DNA of 64,000 bases. It comes from Anaerolineaceae bacterium (GTDB taxonomy: Bacteria > Chloroflexota > Anaerolineae > Anaerolineales > Anaerolineaceae). The stretch covers positions 1,900 through 65,899 of the forward strand of contig JAFGLU010000067.1 in NCBI GenBank assembly GCA_016927865.1, given 5' to 3'. Position numbers and translations under genes: made by a program. Shown one piece after another: positions 18,832 through 28,162 of this stretch (position 1 is its first letter; each line of letters opens with the position of its first letter). The notes under the pieces were generated by a model. It saw nothing but the letters and a program-made list of their open reading frames with translations, was not told the DNA's origin and searched no databases.

Positions 18832-20796
18832 TCATTTTACCATGTCAAGATAATCGTCCAGCGTGGTCTGCTCCACGTTTGCGCCCAGGTATGCCATCAA
18901 TTCTTTGGCCAATTCAGCCTTGCGGCGGGCATCCTTGCGGCTCCAGGTGCGGGTCTTAATCTCCACAAAGCAGCCCAGCTCAGGGCGATTCACCTGATCA
19001 ATGTTGATGAAAAACTCAGTCTCGTGGAACAAAACCAGGTAGCGCAGGCGGTCTTTCTCCACCTCCACCTCGCCGTCCGGCCTGAAGTATTCGCGATAAA
19101 AACGCAGGCTTTGCGTGGCGGGCGCAAAATAGCGCACCCGCGACAACACCACCTGCTCCAACTGGTGCTCGTGCGTGCCCAGCAAGGTAAGCCGCGAGCG
19201 CACGTTGGTCACGTTGCCTTTTTCATCCACAAAGTGATCCTCGCGGAAGCGCAGCAGGCTGGTTTCCGGCTCGGGGAAGTGGAAGTAAGTGTCATACTCG
19301 CGGTAATGCCGATTGCGGACAATCTTGATCTCAGGCTGATTGAGCGCCCGCACCAACGTGTCACGCTCGGGGATGGGCGCCTTGATTTGAATTTCAAAGC
19401 TTTCTTCCTCGCTGGCCCCGCCGATAGCAATCAGCTTGGACAGCAGTGACTGCTCGCGCTGGATCAGGAATGTATCGATCCGACCGGCGTATTCCTGCCC
19501 GGCTTGCAGCAGTTCCGGCTCGCTCAAGGTCAACAATTGGTGTTCACGCATCAGCCAGCGCCCGTTCACCATTAAGTCACTCACATCCGTGGATTTTGCC
19601 GCATAGACCAGTTGGGCGTAAGCCCCATGCGGGTCGCGGCGGAAGCGCGGCGCGTTGTGCAGTGGCGAGATATCTACCAAAATCAAGTCGGCGCGCTTGC
19701 CAACCTCCAGCGACCCCGTGATATCACCAATGTGCATGGCCTGCGCGCCCATGCGCGTGGCCATGAGCACCGCCGTGACTGCCGGCAGCGCGGTGGGGTC
19801 GCCGCTGCCGCCCTTGGCGACAAACGCCGCCAGCCGCATCTCTTCAAACATATCCAGGTCGTTGTTCGAGGCCGGTCCGTCCGTGCCAATGCCCACGTTC
19901 AATCCCGTTTCCAACATGCGCGGCACGGGCGCAATGCCCGAGGCCAGTTTGAGGTTGGAAGAGGGGTTGTGGGCCACTCCCGCCCCGGCGTGCAGCAGCG
20001 TGCGCATTTCACCTTCGTCGATATGCACGCAGTGCGCCGCCAGCACCTTGGCTTCCAGCAGCCCCTGCTTCTTGACATAAGGCACCACCGGCATTCCCTG
20101 CTCGTGGCGCATGTTTTCCACTTCCTGAGCGGTCTCCGAGATGTGCGTATGCAGCGGCACGTCGAACTCCACCGCCAGCGCGGCGGTCGCCGCCAGGATT
20201 TCCGCCGTGCAAGTATAAGGCGCATGGGGCGCAACCGATGGGACGATCAACGGATGGCCCTTCCAGCGCTGAATGAACTCCCGCGCCAGCGCCAGCGACT
20301 CTTCGTAAGAACCCGCGTCGGGGCTGGGGAATTTGAGCACGGTCTGCGAACACACCGCCCGCATGCCCGCCTCGGCGGTAGCCTTGGCCACGTCTTCCTC
20401 AAAGTAGTACATATCGGCAAAGCTGGTGATGCCGTTGCGGATCATTTCCGCGCAAGCCAACTGCGTGCCCAGGCGCACGAACTCCGGCGAGACGAATTCA
20501 CGTTCCACCGGCATCATATAGCCCATCAGCCACACGTCCAGGCGCAGATCGTCCGCCAGCCCGCGCAGCAGGGTCATGGGCACATGCGTGTGCGCGTTGA
20601 CCAGCCCCGGCATGAGCACCTTTCCGGCGCAGTCAATCGTCTCCGCCGCCTCAAACTGCGCTTCCAGTTCGGCGCTCGGCCCAACCGCTACGATCGAATC
20701 GCCCGCCACCGCCACAGCCCCATCCTCATATTGGTTCAAGGGCTCGTCCATCGCCAAAACGTGCGCGTGTATCAACAGCACATCCACAGTTTTCAT
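18832..20796 (-). CDS. MTA/SAH deaminase-like amidohydrolase fused to a C-terminal CYTH-like domain
   Basis: PGLVNAHTH, PHAPY, HISET, HNPSSNLKL and GTDGPASNN motifs. The last ~190 aa carry FEIQIK, EYDTYF, LLRFR, VEKDRLRY and GCFVEIK. Confidence 0.88.
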   Translation of the reverse strand: MKTVDVLLIHAHVLAMDEPLNQYEDGAVAVAGDSIVAVGPSAELEAQFEAAETIDCAGKVLMPGLVNAHTHVPMTLLRGLADDLRLDVWLMGYMMPVEREFVSPEFVRLGTQLACAEMIRNGITSFADMYYFEEDVAKATAEAGMRAVCSQTVLKFPSPDAGSYEESLALAREFIQRWKGHPLIVPSVAPHAPYTCTAEILAATAALAVEFDVPLHTHISETAQEVENMRHEQGMPVVPYVKKQGLLEAKVLAAHCVHIDEGEMRTLLHAGAGVAHNPSSNLKLASGIAPVPRMLETGLNVGIGTDGPASNNDLDMFEEMRLAAFVAKGGSGDPTALPAVTAVLMATRMGAQAMHIGDITGSLEVGKRADLILVDISPLHNAPRFRRDPHGAYAQLVYAAKSTDVSDLMVNGRWLMREHQLLTLSEPELLQAGQEYAGRIDTFLIQREQSLLSKLIAIGGASEEESFEIQIKAPIPERDTLVRALNQPEIKIVRNRHYREYDTYFHFPEPETSLLRFREDHFVDEKGNVTNVRSRLTLLGTHEHQLEQVVLSRVRYFAPATQSLRFYREYFRPDGEVEVEKDRLRYLVLFHETEFFINIDQVNRPELGCFVEIKTRTWSRKDARRKAELAKELMAYLGANVEQTTLDDYLDMVK

Positions 20797-20882
20797 TGGG
20801 TTTCCTTTCTTGAGGTCCGGAGTAACTGTTCCCAGTTTAACAGTGTTTGTGGGGCGTAAATAGCCTCACAAACACCTGAAAA

Positions 20883-22055
20883 TCACACCTCTTCCCCCTC
20901 TAACGGGGTGACTAGCGTTCGGCGGACAAAGTCGAGAGCGGTATGCACCGCCCAAGGAATGCCCAGGGTGGGCGGACCGCCGTACGATCGTTCTGCCCGT
21001 GCTTCTCCCAGCGGGGAGCGCGCCAGCAGCGTCAAATTTTGTTTGTCCGGCCCAGGGCGCAGACTCACCGCCAGCCCGGCCTCAACACCCATCTCGTGCA
21101 TCATAGTCGCCAATCGGGCGTTCAGGCCTTCGTCAAGGCAGTCTCCACTTTGCACCACCGCGCGCTCTTGGGGTAATGCGACTCGTTCCAACCGGGCGCG
21201 CAGATCCCCGCCCAGGTTGCACTCCAGCACCGCCAGCCCCCATCCGCGCCGGGCCAGTTCTGTCGCCAGCGCGCTTTCCAGCGTTTCACTGTCCGCGCCG
21301 AAGATGGCTTCGCCCAGGCGCTCGCGCACGGTCGCTTCGACGCCCTCGATCATCCGGTCGGCCTCTTCCACCGACCCCGCCTTGGCCGTAATGCGCACAT
21401 CCACCTGCCCGGGATGCGCCAGCAACCCCACGGTGGGATTGGTCAGCATTTCCAGGTCGCCAATCAAATCATCCACCACCGATTCACCGATCCCCGCCGC
21501 GTGCAGAACGCGGGCCTTGATCGTTCCCGAAAGCTGGTAGCGCCGGGTCAGGTAGGGAATGGCCACATGCTCGATCAAGTATTCCATCTCTCGCGGCACG
21601 CCCGGCACGCAGATGATGCAGGCCTCGCCCACCTCGCAGATGAAAGCCGGGGCGGTGCCCACCGGGTTTTCCACCGGAATGGCTCCCTGGGGCACATAAG
21701 CCTGGCGACGGTTGTTCTCTGAGGCCTGCCGCCCGTAGCGTTGGAAGCGCTCCAGAATTTGCTCCCACAGCTCAGGCAAGAACACGATCGGCACGCCCAG
21801 GGCGCGGGCCACTGCCTCGCGGGTCGGGTCGTCCACAGTGGGGCCCAGCCCGCCGGTAGTGAGAATGATCTGGCAGCGCCCCAGCGCCTCGCGGATCACC
21901 CCGGCGATGCGCTCCACGTTGTCGCCCACCACGGTGGTGCGGTACAAGTCCACGCCCACATCCCGCAGCGTGCGCGCCAGGTAGCGGGTGTTGGTGTCTT
22001 GAATTTCCCCTAACAGCAGTTCGGTCCCGATTGTAATGATCTCAGCTGCGGGCAT
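20883..22055 (-). CDS. cinA: CinA-like protein (COG1058 ADP-ribose pyrophosphatase domain plus degenerate PncC domain)
   Basis: IGTELLLGEIQDTN, GGLGPTVDDPTRE, NPVGTAP and PGVPREM motifs. Confidence 0.9.
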   Translation of the reverse strand: MPAAEIITIGTELLLGEIQDTNTRYLARTLRDVGVDLYRTTVVGDNVERIAGVIREALGRCQIILTTGGLGPTVDDPTREAVARALGVPIVFLPELWEQILERFQRYGRQASENNRRQAYVPQGAIPVENPVGTAPAFICEVGEACIICVPGVPREMEYLIEHVAIPYLTRRYQLSGTIKARVLHAAGIGESVVDDLIGDLEMLTNPTVGLLAHPGQVDVRITAKAGSVEEADRMIEGVEATVRERLGEAIFGADSETLESALATELARRGWGLAVLECNLGGDLRARLERVALPQERAVVQSGDCLDEGLNARLATMMHEMGVEAGLAVSLRPGPDKQNLTLLARSPLGEARAERSYGGPPTLGIPWAVHTALDFVRRTLVTPLEGEEV

Positions 22056-22167
22056 TCATTCCTCCAGAGGGTCACTTCGTTGCGTTCGGAATTGCTTTTG
22101 CGATCCCAAACGACGAAATCTATTGCCGTTAGTGTAGCATGATTTCAATTGATGGTAAACTATCCGC

Positions 22168-23313
22168 ATGCACATCGGATTTGTCGCCGACACTTATAAG
22201 CCCTACACCAGCGGGGTAACTCATTATATCGCTCTCAACAAGCAAGTGCTGGAAAAAATGGGGCACAGCGTCAGCGTGTTTTCCTTCGGCGATCCGCGCT
22301 TTGATCCCGGCGAACCCAACGTGGTCACCACCCGGGGGCTGGTCTTGCCCAACGGTTATGCCTTTGGGCTGAGCTTTTCGCCCGTTGCTCGCCGGGCCAT
22401 GCGCCAGGTAGATATCCTCCACGCCAACCACCCCTTTGCCAGCGGAGCCGCTGCGCAGCGTGAAGCCCGCCGCGCCAACATCCCCATCGTGTTCACCAAC
22501 CACACGCGCTATGACCTCTACATGCGCGCCTACCTGCCCTTTCTGCCGCCCGCCCTGGGCCGGGCCTACCTCACCACCGTCTTGCCGCGCTTTTGCCGCT
22601 CCGTGGATCGCGTCATTGCTCCCTCGGCGGGCCTGGCTGAGGTGCTGCGCGGATTGAAGGTCGACGCGCCCCTCAAGGTCATCCCCAATGGCATCGACGT
22701 GACCCACTTTGCGAGCGGCGACCCAAGCGGGTGGCGTGAGCGCCTGGGCGCCTCATCCGAGGACATTCTGCTGGTCTTCGTCGGGCGGTTGAGCAAAGAG
22801 AAAAACGTGCGCCTGCTCATGGAAGCTTTCGCCGCGGCGGCCCCCGCCTGCCCCCGTGCGCGCCTGGTGCTGGCCGGTGGCGGCAACGAAAAAGCCGCCC
22901 TGGAGGCCATCGCCATCCGCGCCGGGGTGGCGGGGCGCGTCCACTTCACTGGGCCGCTCTCCTATGCTCAGGTGCCCAATCTCCTCGCTGCCGCGAACGT
23001 TTTCGTGACTGCCTCGGTCAGCGAGGTGCATCCTCTCACCGTCATCGAAGCCCTGGCTGCCGGGCTGCCCGTGGTCGGCATCCACTCGCCCGGCGTCTCC
23101 GATACCATCCGCCACGGTTGGAACGGCCTGCTAGCCGGAGACACCCAACCTCAAAACCTCACCGCGCAGATCGTCGAAATCTGCCGCTCCGCTGAATCTC
23201 GCGCCGCTCTCAGCGCCGCCGCGCGCCAATCCGCTCAGGACTACGCCATCGAACGCACCGCCGGGCTGCTGCTGGACGAATACCGCGCCGTGATCGAAGC
23301 GAGGCGCGCGTGA
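22168..23313 (+). CDS. GT4 glycosyltransferase (1,2-diacylglycerol glucosyltransferase-like)
   Basis: DTYKPYTSGV, HTRYDLY, VIPNGID, FVGRLSKEKN and EVHPLTVIEALAAGLPVV motifs. Confidence 0.9.
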   Translation: MHIGFVADTYKPYTSGVTHYIALNKQVLEKMGHSVSVFSFGDPRFDPGEPNVVTTRGLVLPNGYAFGLSFSPVARRAMRQVDILHANHPFASGAAAQREARRANIPIVFTNHTRYDLYMRAYLPFLPPALGRAYLTTVLPRFCRSVDRVIAPSAGLAEVLRGLKVDAPLKVIPNGIDVTHFASGDPSGWRERLGASSEDILLVFVGRLSKEKNVRLLMEAFAAAAPACPRARLVLAGGGNEKAALEAIAIRAGVAGRVHFTGPLSYAQVPNLLAAANVFVTASVSEVHPLTVIEALAAGLPVVGIHSPGVSDTIRHGWNGLLAGDTQPQNLTAQIVEICRSAESRAALSAAARQSAQDYAIERTAGLLLDEYRAVIEARRA

Positions 23314-23681
23314 GCCCCGACCTGCGCCGCCAGCGCATCGGTCGCTGGGGCGAGGATTACGCCGCCCGCTACCTGCAAGAGCGCGGCGACGAACTCCTGG
23401 CTCGCAATGTGCGCACCCCCTACGGCGAGATCGACCTCGTCACCCGCCGCGGCAATGTCACCGTCTTCGTCGAGGTCAAAGCCCGCACAGGCACCGGCTA
23501 CGGCCTGCCCGAAGCCGCCGTCACCCCCGCCAAACAAAAACACCTCCTGCAATCCATCCAGGCCTACTGGCTGGCCCACGAGCCCGAAACCGACTGGCAG
23601 GTGGACGTCATCGCCATCCTGCTGCAACCCGGAGAGAAGGAACCCCACCTTGAGCACTTCGAAAATGCCCTCAACGGCTGA
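23310..23681 (+). CDS. yraN: YraN/UPF0102 family endonuclease-like protein
   Basis: GRWGEDYA, RN...GEIDLV, FVEVKAR and EAVTPAKQ motifs; GTG start overlaps the upstream stop. Confidence 0.92.
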   Translation: MSPDLRRQRIGRWGEDYAARYLQERGDELLARNVRTPYGEIDLVTRRGNVTVFVEVKARTGTGYGLPEAAVTPAKQKHLLQSIQAYWLAHEPETDWQVDVIAILLQPGEKEPHLEHFENALNG

Positions 23682-24594
23682 CCTGCCCCCCGTGGTAGCC
23701 ATCGTCGGCCCCACCGCCGTGGGCAAGACCGAAATCTCGCTACAGGTGGCCGAACGCTTGAACGGCGAAATCGTCTCTGCCGATTCGCGCCTGTTTTACC
23801 GCGGCATGAACATTGGCACCGCCAAACCCACCCCCGCCGAGTTGGCCCGCGTGCCCCATCACCTCATCGACGTGACCGGCCCCGAGCGCCCCTGGAGCCT
23901 GACCATGTTCCAGCAAGCCGCCACCGAGGCCATTGCCGCCATCCACGCCCGCGGCAGGCTGCCCCTGCTGGTCGGCGGCACGGGCCAGTACGTGAAGGCC
24001 GTGCTCGAAGGCTGGCAGCCCCCATCCCAGCCGCCCGACCCGCGCCTGCGCGCCGAGCTGGAAAAATGGGCCGCCGAAATCGGCGGCGACGCCCTGCACC
24101 AGCGCCTGGCGGTGCTGGACCCCGAGGCCGCCGGGTTCATCGACGCGCGCAACGTCCGCCGTACCATCCGCGCCCTCGAAACGGTCCTCCACTCCGGCGA
24201 GCGCTTCTCGGCCCAGCGCGGGCGCAGCGCTCCGCCCTATCGCGTCTTGAGGATCGGCCTGACCCGCCCCCGCCCCGAGCTGTACGCCCGCGTGGACGCA
24301 CGCATCCAGGCCATGCTGGAGGCGGGCTTCCTGGACGAAGTTCGCGGGCTGATGCAGCGTGGCTGCCCGCCCGATTCCCCCGCCCTCTCCGCCATCGGCT
24401 ACCGTGAAATGGCCGCCGTGCTGCGCGGCGAAATGACCCTCGAGGACGCCGTGATTCAAATCAAGCGCCTCACCCGCCGCTACGTCCGCCAGCAAGGCGC
24501 CTGGTTCCGCAAAGAAGACCCCACCATCCACTGGTTCCCCGCCGACCCGAGTCCCGTGGAGGAGATAGTTGGGTTGATCAGAGGGGAGATTTAA
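23665..24594 (+). CDS. miaA: tRNA dimethylallyltransferase
   Basis: Start refined to MPSTADLP. GPTAVGKT, SADSR...GTAKP, VGGTGQY and AIGYRE motifs. Confidence 0.96.
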   Translation: MPSTADLPPVVAIVGPTAVGKTEISLQVAERLNGEIVSADSRLFYRGMNIGTAKPTPAELARVPHHLIDVTGPERPWSLTMFQQAATEAIAAIHARGRLPLLVGGTGQYVKAVLEGWQPPSQPPDPRLRAELEKWAAEIGGDALHQRLAVLDPEAAGFIDARNVRRTIRALETVLHSGERFSAQRGRSAPPYRVLRIGLTRPRPELYARVDARIQAMLEAGFLDEVRGLMQRGCPPDSPALSAIGYREMAAVLRGEMTLEDAVIQIKRLTRRYVRQQGAWFRKEDPTIHWFPADPSPVEEIVGLIRGEI

Positions 24595-24633
24595 CCGCGA
24601 ATTCACGCGAATGATGCGCCAATGACCGCGAAT
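24593..24633 (+). repeat. Left array of ~10-bp nnnCGCGAAT repeats
   Basis: aaccgcgaat tcacgcgaat gatgcgccaat gaccgcgaat. Confidence 0.8.
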
Positions 24634-24698
24634 GGATATCGGAACCTTGTTAAAACCAACGCGCTCACTTTATGCTACACTTAAGGTGGAAAAGCAAA

Positions 24699-25355
24699 AT
24701 GACCATTCAGAGTAGCACCCAAATCGGAACGGTAATTCGCAATGCTGTTGTCTTCAACGCCAGGAACTGGCCGGAGGGCATGATGAATTCGGATTCTCTT
24801 CTTCAATCCGTGCAAGACTTATTCGCTCTTCTCGACCAACGCCAGATTGATTATGTCCTGGTCGGGGGTATTGCCCTTTTACATTATGTGGAAGGGCGAA
24901 ACACTCAGGATTTGGATCTGTTGATGGCTTTATCCTCATTGGAAAAGCTGCCCGAACTAAAAATCACCAGTCAGGACATGTACTTTGTCCACGCGGAATT
25001 TAACGGGTTGCAAATCGATGTCTTGCTGACGCAAAATCCGCTCTTTAAAAGGGTGCAAAGCAAATATTCAGACACCCAATCCTTTCTGGACCGGAATATT
25101 GCTATCGCTACAGTGGAAGGCCTATTGCTTCTAAAACTCTATGCGCTGCCATCTTTATACCGGCAGGGGAATTTCGCCAGGGTGGGTCTTTACGAAAACG
25201 ACATCGCCACGTTGCTTTATTATTATCACCCCGATGTGCCGGAGCTTTTGACAGAACTTGCCAAATACGTCAGCGAAAGCGACCTGGCTGAAATCAAAAC
25301 TGTGATCAAGGATATTCAAAACCGCTTCAAACGGTTCAAAGGCGAGTCTCGCTAG
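24699..25355 (+). CDS. Nucleotidyltransferase-fold protein (AbiEii/DUF6036-like)
   Basis: YVLVGGIAL...RNTQDLDLL matches the GG...RxTxDxD signature; LLLLKL helix; AT-richer codon usage than flanks. Confidence 0.7.
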   Translation: MTIQSSTQIGTVIRNAVVFNARNWPEGMMNSDSLLQSVQDLFALLDQRQIDYVLVGGIALLHYVEGRNTQDLDLLMALSSLEKLPELKITSQDMYFVHAEFNGLQIDVLLTQNPLFKRVQSKYSDTQSFLDRNIAIATVEGLLLLKLYALPSLYRQGNFARVGLYENDIATLLYYYHPDVPELLTELAKYVSESDLAEIKTVIKDIQNRFKRFKGESR

Positions 25356-25492
25356 ACAAGGCCAAAACTATTGGCAGCGGTCAGGGGTAGGCATTGCCAT
25401 GTTCTCAGGATCGCAGAGATACCGCACAGAGCTCTTTTTTCATTTCAATTCCCGATTGCCAATACCATCTCAAATCTATCTATGAGGGTTTT

Positions 25493-26413
25493 ATGAAACC
25501 GTACCTTGCTCAAAACCATGTCCCCCTTTTCGGCGTAATTTTGTTAATCATCGGCTCGGTAATTCTTGGAATCGCAATAGGAATCGCCGCTCATTTCGTA
25601 AGCACCTTGATTTACTTCTTCTTTGTTTTTTCGCTGTTTATCGGCTTATTAAGCATGATTCCCTTTTCCAAGTTGTTGTTATTCGCCAAAGTCCGACACC
25701 CTTTGATAACAACCTTGATGGGTTTAGTAACCGGGCTTTTGATAGCCATCGCATTTTACGCCACCCCATATTTCATCCTTCGTCAAAATTTCATTCGCGA
25801 TGCAAAACAAAATTATCAAGTGAGCACCGCAAGAGCATCTGCAGCCTTTGACCAAATTCTCATGGATGAAACAAACTCTAGCGGCCTTTTGGGCTATATG
25901 AAATTCAGAGCAAAAGAAGGAGACCAATTCACAAACTATTGGGTTATTAATGGTGTTCCGATCCACGAATCCATCTTAACAATGAAATCCATCTGGGCAT
26001 GGTTTTATTGGCTAATAGAAACCCTGTTGTTTGCATTGCCCGTTGCCTGGATAGGTTTTGATATTGGTAAGATGTCATTTTCTAAAAGTGCCAATGATTG
26101 GTACAACGCTCCTATCAAACAAATTTTTGCTATTCCGCCTGAAAATAAAGAATTGCTACTCACCTTGTTAAGAGACGGCAATCTTCAAGAAATAAGTGAG
26201 ATGGCAGTCTCTGAAGAGAAAATCTCGCATCCAATGCTAGAGGTCTACACACAACGTAGTGGAAATAAAAAAGGGGACGTTCTACTTTCGGTTAAGCAAA
26301 CCTATTTGGATAGTCAGGAAAAAATCAAACGAAATGTCGTCGGCCAATGGGAAGTATCCGAGCCAAACTACTTGCCCTTTGTGAACGCAGTCAAACATAA
26401 ACTAGCCGAATAA
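25493..26413 (+). CDS. Hypothetical membrane protein (about 4 TM)
   Basis: GAGG RBS before MKPYLAQ; several hydrophobic helices and a soluble C-terminus; AT-rich. Confidence 0.75.
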   Translation: MKPYLAQNHVPLFGVILLIIGSVILGIAIGIAAHFVSTLIYFFFVFSLFIGLLSMIPFSKLLLFAKVRHPLITTLMGLVTGLLIAIAFYATPYFILRQNFIRDAKQNYQVSTARASAAFDQILMDETNSSGLLGYMKFRAKEGDQFTNYWVINGVPIHESILTMKSIWAWFYWLIETLLFALPVAWIGFDIGKMSFSKSANDWYNAPIKQIFAIPPENKELLLTLLRDGNLQEISEMAVSEEKISHPMLEVYTQRSGNKKGDVLLSVKQTYLDSQEKIKRNVVGQWEVSEPNYLPFVNAVKHKLAE

Positions 26414-26461
26414 TCGAATATCTACAAACAGAGCCTCAATCCATCTACCGGATTTTCTTCC

Positions 26462-26491
26462 ATTCGCGCACATTCGCGTTCATTCGCGGAT
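26462..26491 (-). repeat. Right, inverted array of 10-bp nnnCGCGAAT repeats
   Basis: attcgcgcac attcgcgttc attcgcggat; the reverse complement is atccgcgaat gaacgcgaat gtgcgcgaat. Confidence 0.8.
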
Positions 26492-26509
26492 CAATAGTAA
26501 AATTACCCC

Positions 26510-28162
26510 ATGTCCACCCAACCCTGGCTCAACCACTACGACCCCGGCGTGCCGCCCTCCCTCACCTACCCGCCCCGGCGCGTCTTTGACTTCCTCGACG
26601 AGGCTTCCCGGCGCTACCCCGAACAGACCTGCGCCGTCTTCCACGATCAAATCATCACTTACGCCCAAATGGCCGCCCTCACCGACCGCCTAGCAGCCGG
26701 GCTGCGCGCCCGCGGCCTGCAAAAAGGCCAGCGCGTGGCCCTCATGCTGCCCAACTCCCCCCACTTCCTCCTGGCCTACTACGCCGTGCTTAAGGCGGGC
26801 GGGGTCGTCTCGGCGCTCAACCCCAACTCGCCCGCCCCCGAAACCCTGCATCAGATCAACGATGCCGGGGCCGCCTGGTGGATTGGCCTCTACAGCCTGT
26901 ACCCCATGCTGCAATCCATCCGCGACCAAAGCGGCCTGCAAGGCTGCTATCCCGTCTCGCTGGAGGATGACCTCCCCGGCTGGCTGGACAGCATCCTGGT
27001 GCGCAGGCAAAGCCTGCCCAATGGCGACGCCTGGCTGGAATCCATCGTTCGAACGTTCCGGGCCGACCCGGCCCTCTCGCAGCAAGTTTCGCCCGATGAC
27101 CCGGCCATCTTCCAATACAGCGGCGGCACCACCGGCACCCCCAAAGCCGCCATCGGCCTGCACCGCAACCTTGCCGCCAACACCCTCCAATTCCGCCACT
27201 GGCTGGCCGGGCTGCAAGACGGTCAAGAGACCGTCCTGCTGGCCATCCCCCTCTACCACGTCTACGGCATGGTGGTCGGCATGAGCGTGGGGGTCATGTT
27301 GGGCGCGCGCCTGGTGCTGGTCGACGACCCGCGCAACCTGCCCGCCCTGCTAGAATCGATCCAAACCTACCAGGCCAGTTTCTACCCCGGCGTGCCGTCC
27401 ATGTACGCCGCCATCAACCGCCACCCCGATGTGGCCGCTGGGAAATATGAATTACATTCCATCCGCGCCTGCATCTCCGGCTCGGCCCCCCTGCTGGCCG
27501 AGGTGCGCGAGCGCTTTGAGGCCCTCACCGGGGCCAGCCTCATGGAAGGTTACGGCCTCTCCGAAGCCCCCACCGCCACGCACTGCAACCCCATGCTCGG
27601 CGAAAAGCGCGCCGGCTCCATCGGCCTGCCCCTGCCCGACGTGGATTGCCGCATCGTCAGCCTGGAGGACGGGCGCAGCGAACTGCCCCCCGATCAGCCC
27701 GGCGAACTGCTCATCCGCGGCCCGCAGGTCATGCAGGGTTACCACAACCAGCCCGCAGAAACCGCCCAAACCTTTCAAGACGGCTGGCTTCGCACCGGCG
27801 ACATTGCCCGCATGGACGACGACGGTTACTTTTACATCATCGACCGCAAAAAAGACCTCATCAAGGTCAGCGGCTTCTCGGTGTGGCCCCGGGAGGTGGA
27901 AGAAGTGCTGGCCCGCCACCCCGGCGTGCTGGAAGCCGCCGCTGCGGGCGTGCCCCGTCCCCTCCGCGGCGAGGTGGTCAAAGCCTGGGTGGTACTGCGC
28001 CCCGAAATGCAAGTCGATGCCGACGAGATCATCGCCTGGTGCCGCCAGGAGCTGGTCTACTACAAGGTCCCCGCCGAGGTGGAATTCATCGACAAGCTTC
28101 CCCGCACACCCGTGGGCAAGCTCCTGCGCCGCGAATTGGTCAGTCATGGAACAACAAAATGA
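26510..28162 (+). CDS. fadD: Long-chain fatty acid-CoA ligase
   Basis: QYSGGTTGTPKA, EGYGLSE, GPQVMQGY, TGDIA, DRKKDLIK and VGKLLRR motifs. Confidence 0.92.
   Translation: MSTQPWLNHYDPGVPPSLTYPPRRVFDFLDEASRRYPEQTCAVFHDQIITYAQMAALTDRLAAGLRARGLQKGQRVALMLPNSPHFLLAYYAVLKAGGVVSALNPNSPAPETLHQINDAGAAWWIGLYSLYPMLQSIRDQSGLQGCYPVSLEDDLPGWLDSILVRRQSLPNGDAWLESIVRTFRADPALSQQVSPDDPAIFQYSGGTTGTPKAAIGLHRNLAANTLQFRHWLAGLQDGQETVLLAIPLYHVYGMVVGMSVGVMLGARLVLVDDPRNLPALLESIQTYQASFYPGVPSMYAAINRHPDVAAGKYELHSIRACISGSAPLLAEVRERFEALTGASLMEGYGLSEAPTATHCNPMLGEKRAGSIGLPLPDVDCRIVSLEDGRSELPPDQPGELLIRGPQVMQGYHNQPAETAQTFQDGWLRTGDIARMDDDGYFYIIDRKKDLIKVSGFSVWPREVEEVLARHPGVLEAAAAGVPRPLRGEVVKAWVVLRPEMQVDADEIIAWCRQELVYYKVPAEVEFIDKLPRTPVGKLLRRELVSHGTTK

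Noticed and set aside
19612-20859. 415-aa plus-strand ORF (likewise 6253-7080, 23740-24606, 30467-31399 and 54653-55417)
   Set aside because: Shadow ORFs opposite well-supported genes, with low-information Arg/His/Gly-rich translations.
22076-22118. Imperfect hairpin upstream of cinA considered as tRNA or riboswitch
   Set aside because: A single stem with no cloverleaf, T-loop or aptamer consensus.
24593-26491. Integron cassette array or CRISPR interpretation of the repeat-bounded insert
   Set aside because: No attC-type RYYYAAC...GTTRRRY hairpins after the genes, no integrase, and the repeats are 10-bp units without unique spacers.
27646-28158. Long N-terminal extension of the 523-aa ORF, and the similar 23407 extension of miaA
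   Set aside because: They overlap fadD and yraN in another frame. True starts are 28159 and 23665.
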